Assembly (NCBI GenBank): GCA_965218585.1
Contig: CBDCLE010000026.1
Span: 64,001 to 128,000 of the forward strand
DNA length: 64,000 bases
Direction: 5' to 3'
Source: Terriglobia bacterium
Lineage (GTDB): Bacteria; Acidobacteriota; Terriglobia; 20CM-2-55-15
Shown: positions 1 through 9,541 of the stretch, piece by piece
Position numbering within the stretch: position 1 is the first letter of the stretch
How the letters are laid out: each line of letters starts with the position of its first letter
The notes under the pieces: generated by a model
The model's database searches: none
What the model saw: only the letters and a program-made list of their open reading frames with translations
What the model was told of the DNA's origin: nothing
Made by a program: the position numbers and the translations under genes

Positions 1-77
1 GCAAGACTGACCGCCAGTGGCTTCCCGGCCTGACCTGTACCTATGACAACTGCGTCGTGTGTGTTGTTATTGGGCAT
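1..77 (-). CDS. FAD-dependent pyridine nucleotide-disulfide oxidoreductase (mercuric reductase-like), N-terminal part; truncated by window edge
   Basis: Manual translation from ATG at 77: MPNNNTHDAVVIGTGQAGKPLAVSL, with a GxGxxG FAD-binding motif. Confidence 0.75.
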   Translation of the reverse strand, partial: MPNNNTHDAVVIGTGQAGKPLAVSL

Positions 78-218
78 CTGCCTCGTCCGGCCTTCGGCCA
101 GCCTCTCAAGTGGCGGTACTTCCTGACTTCTTGCCTAGTGGCCTAGAATCCGGTGCCGTTCCGCCCGAACGCCGCTAGCGATACCTCTGTTACAGGTCAC
201 TAATGAGTTACTGGAAAG

Positions 219-1031
219 CTACCAGTATTTTTCGACGTGGACCTGGCCGGGTTCCTTCTTCTTATGTTCCTTGAACCCTCCTGTTGCCAAAATCTCCTCC
301 ATGTCCGTGATCATGGCCGGATTACCACAGACAAAGACATGTGTATCTTCGGGGGAGGGTCTGAATCCCCAGGCATCGGTTAGAGGTGTCCCCGTCCAGA
401 GATCCTGAACATAGCCAGTCGCGCCAGGCCAGACGGCGGCTTCTTCCTTCGGGCGGCTGATGATGGGAATGTAGTCGAAGTTGGGACACATCCTGTCCAG
501 GGTCATCAGCTCACTTCGGTAACCCAGATCCCACGAGTGACGAACACCGTGGAGAACGGCAAACCTTCGCCCGTCACCGCAGGGGAGTTGGGTTCGAAGC
601 ATACTGAGGTATGGAGCAAGTCCGGTACCCGTGGAAATGAGTACAACGTGTTTATCGGATGGCGTGTTCTGGAGCGTGAACGCGCCCGTGGCCTTCGGAG
701 AAAGCCACAGACGATCTCCGTTAGAGAGCGCGAACAAACGAGGAGTGAGGGCGCCAGCAGGAACCAGGACGATATAGAACTCCATGTATTCTTTCGTTAA
801 CGACGATGAAGCGATCGAGAACGCACGCCTGATCAGTTTGTCGGGATCGACATCTTCTTCCTCAGGATCAGAGTCCTCACAACGTTGGGCGCTGCCGGGA
901 AGTCCCAGGACTCCGAACTGCCCGGGCGTAAAATCAGGCAGGTCCCAGCCATCGGGTACAACGCGCATGATTGCCAGCCCCGGAGAAACCTCTATATTTT
1001 GAATAAGAATGGCGTTCGGTTCGTTGCCCAT
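219..1031 (-). CDS. fpr: Ferredoxin-NADP+ reductase (bacterial FPR type)
   Basis: RAFSIAS, STGTGLAPY, VCGNPAM motifs and C-terminal EKYW; likely start MGNEPN at 1031. Confidence 0.85.
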   Translation of the reverse strand: MGNEPNAILIQNIEVSPGLAIMRVVPDGWDLPDFTPGQFGVLGLPGSAQRCEDSDPEEEDVDPDKLIRRAFSIASSSLTKEYMEFYIVLVPAGALTPRLFALSNGDRLWLSPKATGAFTLQNTPSDKHVVLISTGTGLAPYLSMLRTQLPCGDGRRFAVLHGVRHSWDLGYRSELMTLDRMCPNFDYIPIISRPKEEAAVWPGATGYVQDLWTGTPLTDAWGFRPSPEDTHVFVCGNPAMITDMEEILATGGFKEHKKKEPGQVHVEKYW

Positions 1032-1103
1032 CTGGTACCACCTCTTCCTCACACTGAAGTGTGCACTTTCAAGGCGTCCATGTGCAACATGGTGGGCCTT
1101 CAT

Positions 1104-2096
1104 CTATCGAAACGCCAGCAAAAGTACCATCGCAAGGATGTAGCTCCCCAGAATTCCCCAGGACGTGTATGAAAGTCTCAAAACTCGGAGGCGCCCCAGC
1201 GGAGTCAATCCCAACAGTACCAAGACTGTCATGAGGAGGGCGGCGCCGGAGGAGATCAAGTGGTTTCCCGATACCGCTTCCAGCAGAGCCCCGCTGGTGT
1301 ACGCAAAATCTTCGAGGGCAAGGATGACGACGTTGAACAGATTGCTCCCCACTATGTTAGCGACGGCCAGGTCAGCAGCTCCGATTCTCAACGCTGCCAC
1401 CGCAACGACGACCTCCGGTAGTGAAGTGGAGATTCCGACGAAGATGCTTCCGACAAATGTCTGACCCAACCCGGTCACTTCAGCGATCTGCTCGCCAAGT
1501 CTCGGCAAGTACGACGCTGCCCCCACTGTGATCAGGGCGTTCAAAGAAAACATTGCAATGACCCGCCGAAGTGATTCTTCAGGATACTTCTCGTGGGGAA
1601 TACCCCCGGCGAATTCGAGATGACCACTCGAAGCGGACCGACGAACCAGATCCAATCCGATAAACCAGACCGGCACAACGATCACGCTGCTCGGGCCGAA
1701 CCACAGGATCGAAGGCAGGAGGCCTCGAGTCGCTACTTCTGCCGTGACGAGGCCGATCAACGCCACGTTGAACGTCGCTCCAAGCTTCTGAGAACGCCGT
1801 ACCGTAGACAGAACTGGTTCGTCTGAGGCAAGGTCCAGCAACACCAGTATCAGAAGGTTGAACATGCAACTGCCCAGGACGTTCCCAACCGCTATTTCGG
1901 GCAGATCGTAAATCATGACTGACGCCATCCCGGTCATTAGCTCCGGCAGCGACGTAACCCAGGAAAGCAGGGCCAGACCGATCAGCGTCCGTCCAAGACC
2001 GGTCTTCTCGGCAATCGCATCTGCGTAACGGGAGAGGTGGGAACCCGCGTAGAAGATCACGGCCGCAGTAACAACGAATTGGAGCCAGATAAGCAT
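1104..2096 (-). CDS. Sodium:calcium antiporter (CaCA family)
   Basis: Two alpha-repeats (TSLPE...GNVLGS and TSLPE...ANIVGSN); multiple TM helices. Confidence 0.9.
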   Translation of the reverse strand: MLIWLQFVVTAAVIFYAGSHLSRYADAIAEKTGLGRTLIGLALLSWVTSLPELMTGMASVMIYDLPEIAVGNVLGSCMFNLLILVLLDLASDEPVLSTVRRSQKLGATFNVALIGLVTAEVATRGLLPSILWFGPSSVIVVPVWFIGLDLVRRSASSGHLEFAGGIPHEKYPEESLRRVIAMFSLNALITVGAASYLPRLGEQIAEVTGLGQTFVGSIFVGISTSLPEVVVAVAALRIGAADLAVANIVGSNLFNVVILALEDFAYTSGALLEAVSGNHLISSGAALLMTVLVLLGLTPLGRLRVLRLSYTSWGILGSYILAMVLLLAFR

Positions 2097-2209
2097 ACGA
2101 ACGGGTGCAGGATGTCCTCATTATGGACCCTCAGCTCAAATATGTTTTCACATCCGAACGAAGAGGGTATTCTTGTGCGTCACGAATAGTGTCGAGATGG
2201 GAGGAACTG

Positions 2210-3988
2210 ATGGGAGTCAGGAAATGGAAAGAGTCCGGACGGAAATGGGAACCCGATCACTCGTTGTTGGATGAAGGTCAGATCGCACAATGCGCCCGGG
2301 CGGATGGGGAGGCCGTGCTCCGCTCTCCGATTCCTACACAGATGGTTTCAAACGGTGAGTACATGCCGGCGCCACAGACCAAGAAACAGAAACAGGTCGA
2401 AGAGCGCATTAAAGAGCTTTCTGAACATGCCAGCAGGAGACTGGGAATGGATCGAAGACGTTTTCTTCGAACGACCGGTGGAATGGCCGCATCCCTGCTG
2501 GCAATGAACGAAGTCTTCGGACATTTCTTCGACGTCTCTCCCATCGAGATGTTCGAACCGACGGCGTACGCTCAGAGCGGTGCCCCGCGCGATATGTTTG
2601 TCTTCGACGATCAACTTCACCTGGTCCGTGGAAGTGCGGGCAACACAGGCGGCGCTCTCCGGGCAATCGCCGAGGGCCCGTCATCGCCCGGGTTTGAATC
2701 GAACCCCTTCAACCGTAGCGGCGCGGGCGACGAGCGTGGGGAAGCCTGGGGTGTATGGAATCCAGAACTCGTCGGCCTGCCGATCACACCCGACAGTTTC
2801 CGCATCGTCCAGTTCATCAAAGACGTCTACCTCGACAGCCAGGTCAACGTCGGACTCCTGAGCAACGTCACTGCATCAGTCATCACAGACGAGGCCGGAG
2901 ACCGGCGTGCCCCGAGGAACGTGACCGAGGCACTGGATGGCGAAATGCTGACGGCTGCGCAAACCGCCGCCGCACGGAACTTCATCAACGAAATCTCCGG
3001 GTCGACACGAATGTTGGCGCACGGCCTGCTTTACGTCGGGAGGGGTAACCTCGAGTACATCCAACAGCAGATCGAAGAGAACGAACCGGATTCCTGGAAG
3101 GGCTACAACATCTCCAATGCAGCCAAGGTCGACCTCGATCCCAACAGCTTGATGCGGCAATGGCGGCATGACGATGAGGAGGTCGCGTATCCGACCTTCG
3201 AACTGATAGAGAGAAACTATCAACTCCTTCGGACGGCAAAGCTCGGATTCAACAACATCTGCGTCCACAAAGGGCTGGCACCTGGACCGCCCGACCCGGA
3301 ACGTGGACATCCCGCAGACATTCCCAAGGCCGCCGGAGACTGGCCCAATCTCAACTTCATCGCCTACCACGCCTGCATCCAACCGGCGTTCTTCATGTAT
3401 GAGGCGCTGGACGAGATTCGGTCCGGAAACCTTCGCGACGGCGTGCCGAACATCAGCTGGACCACAGAGTACGCTTCGCTCGTGTCCCCCTTCCCGAACA
3501 CCTACGCGGAGCTGGGCACGACGTGGGCATCATCGGTCATCACCTTTCCGACGGTAACCGCACACCTCATGGGTCAGTTGTTGAAGTTCATGGGTGAGGA
3601 CCGGATCGTGTTCGGGTCCGACTCGGTATGGTACGGATCGCCACAGTGGCAGATCGACGCCATGTGGCGCTTCCAGATCCCTGAAGAACTCCGCGAACGG
3701 TATGGCTATCCAGAACTGACCGAAGAGGCAAAACGAAAGATTCTCGGACTCAATTCCGCCAGGCTGTATGGGATTGAAGGTGTGGAATCCACGACCCTCG
3801 CCGACCTCAACGCGCGTTTCCGTCCGGTGCCGGAAGATTACGAAGACCGGATCAGCGACGAGTTAAAAACGACCATGGAGCTTCCGGGATTCACGGCCGA
3901 CAACATGTCGAAGTTCAAGGAAAGGTACATCGCAATGGGTGTGGAGCCCGACCACGTCCAGTACGGCTGGGTCCGGAAGAAGGTTTAA
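2210..3988 (+). CDS. Amidohydrolase family protein (TIM-barrel metallohydrolase)
   Basis: DDQLH, ICVHKG, AYHAC, AELGT, FGSDSVWYG motifs; start chosen at ATG 2210 after GGAGG. Confidence 0.8.
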   Translation: MGVRKWKESGRKWEPDHSLLDEGQIAQCARADGEAVLRSPIPTQMVSNGEYMPAPQTKKQKQVEERIKELSEHASRRLGMDRRRFLRTTGGMAASLLAMNEVFGHFFDVSPIEMFEPTAYAQSGAPRDMFVFDDQLHLVRGSAGNTGGALRAIAEGPSSPGFESNPFNRSGAGDERGEAWGVWNPELVGLPITPDSFRIVQFIKDVYLDSQVNVGLLSNVTASVITDEAGDRRAPRNVTEALDGEMLTAAQTAAARNFINEISGSTRMLAHGLLYVGRGNLEYIQQQIEENEPDSWKGYNISNAAKVDLDPNSLMRQWRHDDEEVAYPTFELIERNYQLLRTAKLGFNNICVHKGLAPGPPDPERGHPADIPKAAGDWPNLNFIAYHACIQPAFFMYEALDEIRSGNLRDGVPNISWTTEYASLVSPFPNTYAELGTTWASSVITFPTVTAHLMGQLLKFMGEDRIVFGSDSVWYGSPQWQIDAMWRFQIPEELRERYGYPELTEEAKRKILGLNSARLYGIEGVESTTLADLNARFRPVPEDYEDRISDELKTTMELPGFTADNMSKFKERYIAMGVEPDHVQYGWVRKKV

Positions 3989-4002
3989 CGGGCTCTTAGC
4001 TC

Positions 4003-4590
4003 TCAGGCATCAACTGCGAAATATTGTGGCGCGTTGCCTTCGATCCATTTGATGTTACAGCCGGCACTCGGTACCTGCTCGGCACCAATCCCTCGTCCAG
4101 CCAGAGCGGCATCGACGGCAGATCGGAGATCCTCACCGGTGACCGGAATGTCGTTACCCGGGCGACTCCCGTCGAACTGACCTCTGTAGACGAGCCGCCG
4201 ATCCGAATCAAAGAGAAACAAATCCGGGGTGCACGCGGCATGATAGGCCTTGGCAACTGACTGCGTCTCGTCAAACAGGTAGGGAAAGACGTAGCCGGCG
4301 TCCTCTACTTCTTCTTTCATGTGCGCCAGGTCGTCTTCAGGAAACGCAACAGTGTCGTTGGAACTGATCCCGACAACGGCAAGCTCTGTTTTTTCGTAAT
4401 CACGCGCGAACTGCGCAAGCCCGGAACGGATATGTTTGACGAACGGGCAGTGGTTACAGATGAACATCACCAGAAGCGCTTTTTGATCCGCAAAGTCGTC
4501 GGAAGAAACCACATCTCCGCTGGTTGCCGGCAGACTGAACGCCGGCGCCTCGGTGCCCAGGGAAAGCATGGTAGATGGTGTCAATGGCAT
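4003..4590 (-). CDS. Thioredoxin-fold AhpC/TSA family protein (PRX-like)
   Basis: FICNHCPFV, ACTPD, YRGQFD, GCNIKW motifs. Confidence 0.9.
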   Translation of the reverse strand: MPLTPSTMLSLGTEAPAFSLPATSGDVVSSDDFADQKALLVMFICNHCPFVKHIRSGLAQFARDYEKTELAVVGISSNDTVAFPEDDLAHMKEEVEDAGYVFPYLFDETQSVAKAYHAACTPDLFLFDSDRRLVYRGQFDGSRPGNDIPVTGEDLRSAVDAALAGRGIGAEQVPSAGCNIKWIEGNAPQYFAVDA

Positions 4591-4720
4591 AGGTTTTCAC
4601 CCCTTTCGTCGTTGTGCGGTTGTGCGCTCGGGCATGGGGAACCATCTAAAGGACGGTGGGGGCCATGCGAAGAGATGCCATAGCCGCCGCTTCCTTGCGC
4701 CCCCAGCGCACCTACAGGTC

Positions 4721-5620
4721 CTACGGCAGACCGCTGCGAACGACTTCTCGGATCGTGGCAATGCGGAGGGGATACGTCCCGATGACTTTCACCGTTGGCG
4801 TTCCCTGTTTCAACTGAGCGATCGCTTCCTTGACCGCTCGACTCTCCATGGTGCCGATGAAATCCACATGATAGACCGATTCGGAATGCGATCCACGAAC
4901 GGGACGCGACAGCACGTTCGTCAGGGGAATTCCGCATTCAACAAACGGGGCGAGCACACCCGACTCTCGCCGCGCCAAATGAGGCACCTGAAAGCATATG
5001 CTCGTCTTCAACGAATCGCTTTGGGGCTTCGCGGCTCGAGGATTGTCAGGCGCGGACAGGAGCAAAAACCGGGTGTAGTTTTCCGGGTGGTCCTGAATGC
5101 CTGACCTCAGAATCTCCCCACCGTAGACCTCCGCACTCCGGGCACTTCCGATCGCACCGGTGTGGGGCGTTTTTTCCCGGACGACGAGTTCAACGGCACC
5201 GGCGGTATCGAAAGCAGGCACAGGTTCCATCTTCAGATTGGTTCGAAGTGATCCCGCGCACTGGGCCAACGCGACGGGGTGAGAGAGTACCCGGTAAACG
5301 TCTTCGATACGTGTCCCTTTGGGAACGATCAGACAGTGCGAGATCGTCTGGACGGTCTCGTCGATGATGACGAGGTCGTTCTCGGCGAGCAGATCGTATG
5401 TTTCGTCGATCGGTCCGGCAAGCGTGTTCTCGACCGGAATGACGGCGTAAGGAGCCTGGCCCCCCTCGACGCTGTCGAACACTTCCTGAAGCGTCCGCAA
5501 CCCCAGGAGTCGGGATTCTTTAGGTACGAAATCGAAAGCGGCATCCTCGCTGAACGCACCCGGCTGTCCCTGGTATACGACGTCGTATTCGGATGTGCTT
5601 GTCGCTTCAGATATTGGCAT
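4721..5620 (-). CDS. pheA: Prephenate dehydratase (monofunctional, divergent ACT domain)
   Basis: YQGQPGAFSE, PVENT, SHPVALAQC and catalytic NYTRF; start MPISE at 5620 overlaps aroF end. Confidence 0.9.
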   Translation of the reverse strand: MPISEATSTSEYDVVYQGQPGAFSEDAAFDFVPKESRLLGLRTLQEVFDSVEGGQAPYAVIPVENTLAGPIDETYDLLAENDLVIIDETVQTISHCLIVPKGTRIEDVYRVLSHPVALAQCAGSLRTNLKMEPVPAFDTAGAVELVVREKTPHTGAIGSARSAEVYGGEILRSGIQDHPENYTRFLLLSAPDNPRAAKPQSDSLKTSICFQVPHLARRESGVLAPFVECGIPLTNVLSRPVRGSHSESVYHVDFIGTMESRAVKEAIAQLKQGTPTVKVIGTYPLRIATIREVVRSGLP

Positions 5621-6788
5621 GTGCAGCAGCTGCCTTTGCGAGGGTCTGTCTTCCCTCTTCGCGCGTCCTCCTAATAATATCTCGAAAAACCTCTTCGACG
5701 GTCTCGTCCGGCAAATCGGCAACGCCTGCCCTCTGTCCGATGAGCCGAAGAATGACCCTGTCCAGGTTTCGGGTCCGGTTCCACCGAGCTCCGACGCTTC
5801 GTTTTTGGGAGGCCAGAACCAGAGCCAGAGATTCCATCATCCGTTCAAAGTCATCCAGAGTCAGAGACTGGGCTCCATCGCATAAGGCTGATTCCGGTTC
5901 CGGATGGACTTCAACGATCAGACCCGCTACGCCGGCGGCAGCGGCAGCCTTGGACAGGGGTTCGACAAGATTCCGATGTCCGGTTGCATGGCTTGGATCC
6001 ACAAATACGGGCAGGTGTGTGCGTTCTTTCAGCAGGACGGCAGATCCCAAATCCAGTGTGTTTCGTGTGGCCGTTTCGAAAGTGCGTATTCCCCTCTCGC
6101 AGAGAATGATGTTCAGGTTTCCCTGAAGCGCGATGTACTCGGCAGCCAGGAGCCACTCTTCTACGGTTGCCGACAGGCCGCGCTTCAAGAGCACGGGCTT
6201 GGCCGCCTTCCCCGCTGCTTCGAGCAGACTGAAGTTCTGCATGTTGCGTGCACCGATCTGAAGAACGTCGGCATGCTCAGCGACCAGGGGCACGTCTTCG
6301 GTGTTGAGCACCTCGGTAACAACCGCCAAACCAAGCGCTCGACCGGCTCGGGCCAGCAGCTCCAACCCCTTCTTTTCCAGTCCTCTGAAGGAGTACGGCG
6401 AAGTCCGGGGTTTAAACGCTCCGCCGCGAAGAATGCGGGCGCCGGCAGTGGCCACAGCACCTGCGGTGGCCATGACCTGTGCTTCGCTTTCAACGGCACA
6501 CGGCCCAGCCGCGACGACGAATTCGGAACCGCCGATTTCGATATCGCCGACACGGACTCGCGTACCTTCGGGACGAAGCGACCGATGGACAAGTTTGTAT
6601 GGAGTGTCGATCTTCTCCACCCGGGCGACGCCCGGCAGGGAACCGAAACGTCCGGGATCGTTGTTCTTGGCTGTGGAAACGACGATCGTATTGTCGATGA
6701 CCTGTGCCCTCTGAGTGTCAGGGTCCAGGACCGCCTGAACCCCTTCGATATCTGCCGGACTTGCGTCGGCCTGCATTCGAACTAACAT
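5607..6788 (-). CDS. aroF: DAHP synthase (type I-beta) with N-terminal regulatory domain and C-terminal truncated chorismate mutase-like tail
   Basis: AGPCAVES, GGAFKPRTSPYSF, QIGARNMQN, LLKRG, CERGIRTF, DPSH motifs; RBS AAGGAGG. Confidence 0.93.
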   Translation of the reverse strand: MLVRMQADASPADIEGVQAVLDPDTQRAQVIDNTIVVSTAKNNDPGRFGSLPGVARVEKIDTPYKLVHRSLRPEGTRVRVGDIEIGGSEFVVAAGPCAVESEAQVMATAGAVATAGARILRGGAFKPRTSPYSFRGLEKKGLELLARAGRALGLAVVTEVLNTEDVPLVAEHADVLQIGARNMQNFSLLEAAGKAAKPVLLKRGLSATVEEWLLAAEYIALQGNLNIILCERGIRTFETATRNTLDLGSAVLLKERTHLPVFVDPSHATGHRNLVEPLSKAAAAAGVAGLIVEVHPEPESALCDGAQSLTLDDFERMMESLALVLASQKRSVGARWNRTRNLDRVILRLIGQRAGVADLPDETVEEVFRDIIRRTREEGRQTLAKAAAAHANI

Positions 6789-6803
6789 TGTGAAACCTCC
6801 TTA

Positions 6804-6850
6804 AACGAAAAAAGGCCCGTTCCCCGTTGGTTCCGGAGAGCGGGCCTTTC
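6804..6850 (-). terminator. Attenuator intrinsic terminator upstream of aroF
   Basis: Minus strand GAAAGGCCCGCTCTCC-GGAACCAAC-GGGGAACGGGCCTTTTTT: GC-rich hairpin followed by a U-tract, just before the aroF RBS. Confidence 0.85.
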
Positions 6851-6870
6851 GGCTCTAAATGGTATCGGTA

Positions 6871-6978
6871 TTACGCCGTTACCCACCCCCCAGGGGACCA
6901 AAACCAAAAATAGCCCTCATACGAATAGAGAGATCCCGCAGCTGCGGAGCTATTCAGAGTTGTGGGTACGCAGTTCAT
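6871..6978 (-). CDS. Aromatic amino acid attenuator leader peptide (35 aa)
   Basis: Manual translation MNCVPTTLNSSAAAGSLYSYEGYFWFWSPGGWVTA*; 3 Tyr, 2 Phe and 3 Trp clustered; followed by terminator. Confidence 0.85.
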   Translation of the reverse strand: MNCVPTTLNSSAAAGSLYSYEGYFWFWSPGGWVTA

Positions 6979-6996
6979 TTCTTCCCTAAAGAATTG

Positions 6997-7025
6997 AGTA
7001 TGCGGATCGGACCACAGTGTGTCAA
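6997..7025 (-). promoter_or_regulatory. Sigma70 promoter of the aro leader/aroF-pheA operon
   Basis: TTGACA (7025-7020), 17-nt spacer, CATACT (7002-6997). Confidence 0.7.
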
Positions 7026-7038
7026 CAAGTTAAGAAAT

Positions 7039-7115
7039 GGGGTCAGAGCCCTATTTCCCTATTTAATAACGGAAATAGATGTAGGGGGAAAATGGGGAAA
7101 TAGGGCTCTGACCCC
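7039..7115. repeat. REP-like palindrome with 21-bp perfect arms
   Basis: GGGGTCAGAGCCCTATTTCCC (7039-7059) ... GGGAAATAGGGCTCTGACCCC (7095-7115), immediately after the ilvA stop. Confidence 0.85.
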
Positions 7116-8390
7116 TTAAACCAGATAGCGGAGGAGGTCGGGACGGTCGTTCAAGTATTCTCCGAAGAAACCAAGTTCTTTCATTCGGCTGATGAGGGGT
7201 TCGAGGTCTTCCTTGTTTCTCAGCTCTATGCCGACAACAGCAGGGCCCCTCTCCCGGTCGGTCTTCTTGGAATACGCGAAGTGCGTGATGTCGTCGCCTG
7301 GCCCAAGGACGTCGACGACAAACTGACGGAGCGCTCCGGCACGTTGAGGAAAACGCACTATGAAGTAATGCTTCACGCCCTCGTAGATCAGCGCACGCTC
7401 CCGGATCTCTTCGATTCGACGAAAGTCGTTATTGCCACCACTGACCAGACAGGCCACCGTCTTCCCTTTCACCTGGTCCCGGAAGTCTTCCAGTGCGGAA
7501 ATAGCCAAGGCCCCGGCGGGTTCGACGATGATGCCATGATCGTTATAGAGCCTGAGGATCGTGGCGCACAGACGTCCTTCCGGAACAGTCACGACCTTAT
7601 CGAGGACATCGCGGCAGATCTGGAAGGTCAACTCGCCCACACGCTGCACGGCCGCACCATCGGTGAAAGCGTCAATTGTTTCGAGCGTCACCGGATGACC
7701 AGCCTGAAACGCTTCCATCATCGATGGAGCGCCTTCGGGTTGTACTCCGATGATTTCGGTTTCGGGAGATATCGCCTTGACCCAACTTCCGACGCCGGAA
7801 GCCAGACCCCCGCCGCCAACGGGCAAAAACATAATGTCGATCGTGTCACTGGCGTCATCGAGCATCTCGATACCGAGCGTGCCCTGGCCTTCAATCACAA
7901 CCGGATCATCGAAAGGATGGACATAGATGGATCCGTCGGCAGCGGTTCGACCGACGGCTTCGGCTTCGGCGTCGTCAAAAACATCGCCCACCAGTTCAAT
8001 GTCCACCAGCGATCCGCCGATCGCGCGCACACGTTCGATCTTCTGACTCGGCGTCGTCAAGGGCATGTAGATAGTCGCGTGGATTCCCAGCTTACTGGCA
8101 GCGTAGGCGACGCCCTGGGCATGGTTACCCGCACTTGCACATGAAACTCCCTTCCGGAGTTCCTCGTCCGAATAGCTGCGGATCTTGTTGTAGGCGCCTC
8201 GAATCTTGTAGGACCGGACAACCTGCAGATCTTCCCGCTTGAGCAGGATGTTGGCCTCGTAATCTTCCGAGAGGTGATCGTCGCGCTCCATCGGCGTCCG
8301 AACGGCGACGTTTTTTAAACGGCTCGCAGCCCTCCCGATGGCGTCCGTCGCCGGACGCCATGTCAGTTCGGGAGTTTCCTGCCGTGTCAC
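7116..8390 (-). CDS. ilvA: Threonine ammonia-lyase, biosynthetic short form
   Basis: KREDLQVVRSYKIRGA PLP lysine motif, SAGNHAQG, single C-terminal ACT-like domain (FPQRAGAL). Confidence 0.95.
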   Translation of the reverse strand: MTRQETPELTWRPATDAIGRAASRLKNVAVRTPMERDDHLSEDYEANILLKREDLQVVRSYKIRGAYNKIRSYSDEELRKGVSCASAGNHAQGVAYAASKLGIHATIYMPLTTPSQKIERVRAIGGSLVDIELVGDVFDDAEAEAVGRTAADGSIYVHPFDDPVVIEGQGTLGIEMLDDASDTIDIMFLPVGGGGLASGVGSWVKAISPETEIIGVQPEGAPSMMEAFQAGHPVTLETIDAFTDGAAVQRVGELTFQICRDVLDKVVTVPEGRLCATILRLYNDHGIIVEPAGALAISALEDFRDQVKGKTVACLVSGGNNDFRRIEEIRERALIYEGVKHYFIVRFPQRAGALRQFVVDVLGPGDDITHFAYSKKTDRERGPAVVGIELRNKEDLEPLISRMKELGFFGEYLNDRPDLLRYLV

Positions 8391-9496
8391 TTGGCTACTT
8401 TTGCTTCCTTTGCGCTCGCCGCTCCGGTTGTTTCCTTTACCGGACGATCGGTCTTGGATTCGGGTCGCAACTGCCGCACCTGCTTCCCGGTACGCCAGAT
8501 CTCTTCACCGCCCAACTCGTCGAGTTCCGCCTCGAGACGGTCCCGGTAATCGTCCCTACCACAGGATTCGATGACGATTCCCGCTTCCTTTCCTGAGCGG
8601 ACACTTTCGTAGAGCTCTTCGTACACCGGAGTCACGGCTTCACGGAACTTATGCCGCCAGTCCAGAGCGCCTCTCTGAGCCGTCGTGGAACAGTTGGCAT
8701 ACATCCAGTCCATTCCGTTCTCAGCTACCAGCGGCATCAAGCTCTGGGTCAGTTCTTCAACGGTCTCGTTGAAAGCCTCCGAAGGCGAATGACCGTTCTT
8801 TCGGAGTACGTTGAACTGTGCTTCGAAAACGCCGGCAATCGCGCCCATCAGAACGCCGCGCTCACCGGTCAAATCCGAATAGACTTCCTTCTGGAAGTCG
8901 GTCTCGAACAGGTAACCGGAACCGACGCCGATACCGAGCGACATGACGCGCTCGGTGGCGCGCCCGGTCGCATCTTGAAAGATCGCGTAGCTCGAGTTCA
9001 ATCCCTTCCCTGCAACAAAGAGCCGCCGTAGGGACGTTCCGGAACCCTTGGGAGCAATCAACACGACATCGACGTCATCGGGTGGGATGACACCGGTCTG
9101 ATCCTTGAACGTAATCGCAAAACCATGAGAAAAATAGAGGCACTTGCCGGCCGTCAGATGCTGCTTGACCTTCTCCCACTGAGCGATCTGGCCGGCGTCG
9201 GAGAGCAGATACTGGACGATCGTTCCGCGTTTGGCCGCCTCTTCAATCTCAAAAAGATTCTCGCCTTCGACCCATCCGTCGCCAACGGCCTTGTCCCAAG
9301 AGCGTGAGCCTTTCCGCTGTCCCACGGTAACGTTGAAACCATTGTCCTTCAGGTTGAGCGCCTGTCCCGGCCCCTGTACGCCATAACCGAGGACCGCAAT
9401 CGTTTCATCCTTCATGCAGTCTCGGGCCTTATCGAGGGGCCATTCTTCGCGCGTTGTCACATTCTCCTCGACATCGCCAAAACGTATTTTCGCCAT
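8387..9496 (-). CDS. ilvC: Ketol-acid reductoisomerase
   Basis: GYGVQGPGQALNL, FSHGF, APKG, SDLTGERG, CSTTAQRGA motifs. Confidence 0.95.
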   Translation of the reverse strand: MAKIRFGDVEENVTTREEWPLDKARDCMKDETIAVLGYGVQGPGQALNLKDNGFNVTVGQRKGSRSWDKAVGDGWVEGENLFEIEEAAKRGTIVQYLLSDAGQIAQWEKVKQHLTAGKCLYFSHGFAITFKDQTGVIPPDDVDVVLIAPKGSGTSLRRLFVAGKGLNSSYAIFQDATGRATERVMSLGIGVGSGYLFETDFQKEVYSDLTGERGVLMGAIAGVFEAQFNVLRKNGHSPSEAFNETVEELTQSLMPLVAENGMDWMYANCSTTAQRGALDWRHKFREAVTPVYEELYESVRSGKEAGIVIESCGRDDYRDRLEAELDELGGEEIWRTGKQVRQLRPESKTDRPVKETTGAASAKEAKVAK

Positions 9497-9541
9497 GCTG
9501 TAGATAACCTCCGCTTTGGGGATGGAGCGACCGCCCCCAAT

